7,667 bases of DNA from Octopus sinensis. Its lineage: Eukaryota. The notes under the pieces are model-generated. The model saw only the letters and a program-made list of their open reading frames with translations. It was not told where the DNA came from and ran no database searches. The stretch is taken from positions 1 through 7,667 of the forward strand of contig NW_021828784.1 in assembly GCF_006345805.1 (NCBI RefSeq), read 5' to 3'. Made by a program: the position numbers and the translations under genes. Below are positions 7,273 to 7,667 of this stretch, piece by piece. Numbering within the stretch: the first letter of the stretch is position 1; the number at the start of each line of letters is the position of its first letter.

Positions 7273-7397
7273 AGTTAATTTAATTAAGAAGGACTTCGAA
7301 ATCCTTTATTTATTTTGGTCTCGTGAGGAAACCGCAGAGAAAATGGTTTGTTCGACTGTGGTGAATAAAAACAAAATGGAGTCGCATCTTTCTTACA

Positions 7398-7630
7398 AAA
7401 ACAACAACAATAACAAGTCTAGAATGGGAAAAAACCAACAAACAAGCTATAGAGCAACAATAGCAGCAAGTAGTAGTAGTAGTAGTAGTAGTAGTAGCAT
7501 CAAGTGCAGTCGCAACAATAGTTATAGCACAAGTATAAGCTAGAGGTTCTAGTAGTAGCAGTAGTAGTGGTAGGAATAACAGATACCCACTCTCTTTCTT
7601 TCTTTCTTTCTTTCAGTCATTCATTCATTT
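7398..7630. repeat. Cluster of short (AAC)n, (AGT)n, (CTTT)n and (CATT)n repeats
   Basis: Directly visible and partly degenerate. Confidence 0.85.
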
Positions 7631-7667
7631 GTTCTTCTTTCTTTTGTTATTCTCTTTTTTTTCTTTG

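Noticed and set aside
6378-7543. Homopolymeric ORFs (poly-M, L, N, E, K, R, S)
   Set aside because: These are translations of trinucleotide repeats, with no flanking domain or gene structure.
7610-7622. TTTCAGTCATT matching the SINE C tail
   Set aside because: Only 11 bp at a (CTTT)n/(CATT)n junction, with no further homology.

Overview
AT-rich, repeat-dense eukaryotic non-coding DNA. It is most likely from an octopus or other coleoid cephalopod, inferred from the SINE types and microsatellite density rather than from a database hit. Roughly a quarter of the window is simple repeats. The rest is mostly decayed mobile DNA: an L1/Tx1-type LINE reverse-transcriptase fragment (1-214), a ~330 bp foldback element with ~84 bp inverted arms (1862-2194), a rearranged mariner 3' end (2194-2530), and five tRNA-derived SINEs of three families, all on the minus strand. 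I found no intact protein-coding gene, RNA gene, CRISPR array or prokaryotic feature. Almost all ORFs in the supplied track are microsatellite or SINE artefacts. A few unique blocks have weak exon-like signals. I cannot support a claim of a new biological system here. The best leads are the foldback element, the locally inverted mariner piece, and the shared 3' hairpin and tandem arrangement of the SINEs.
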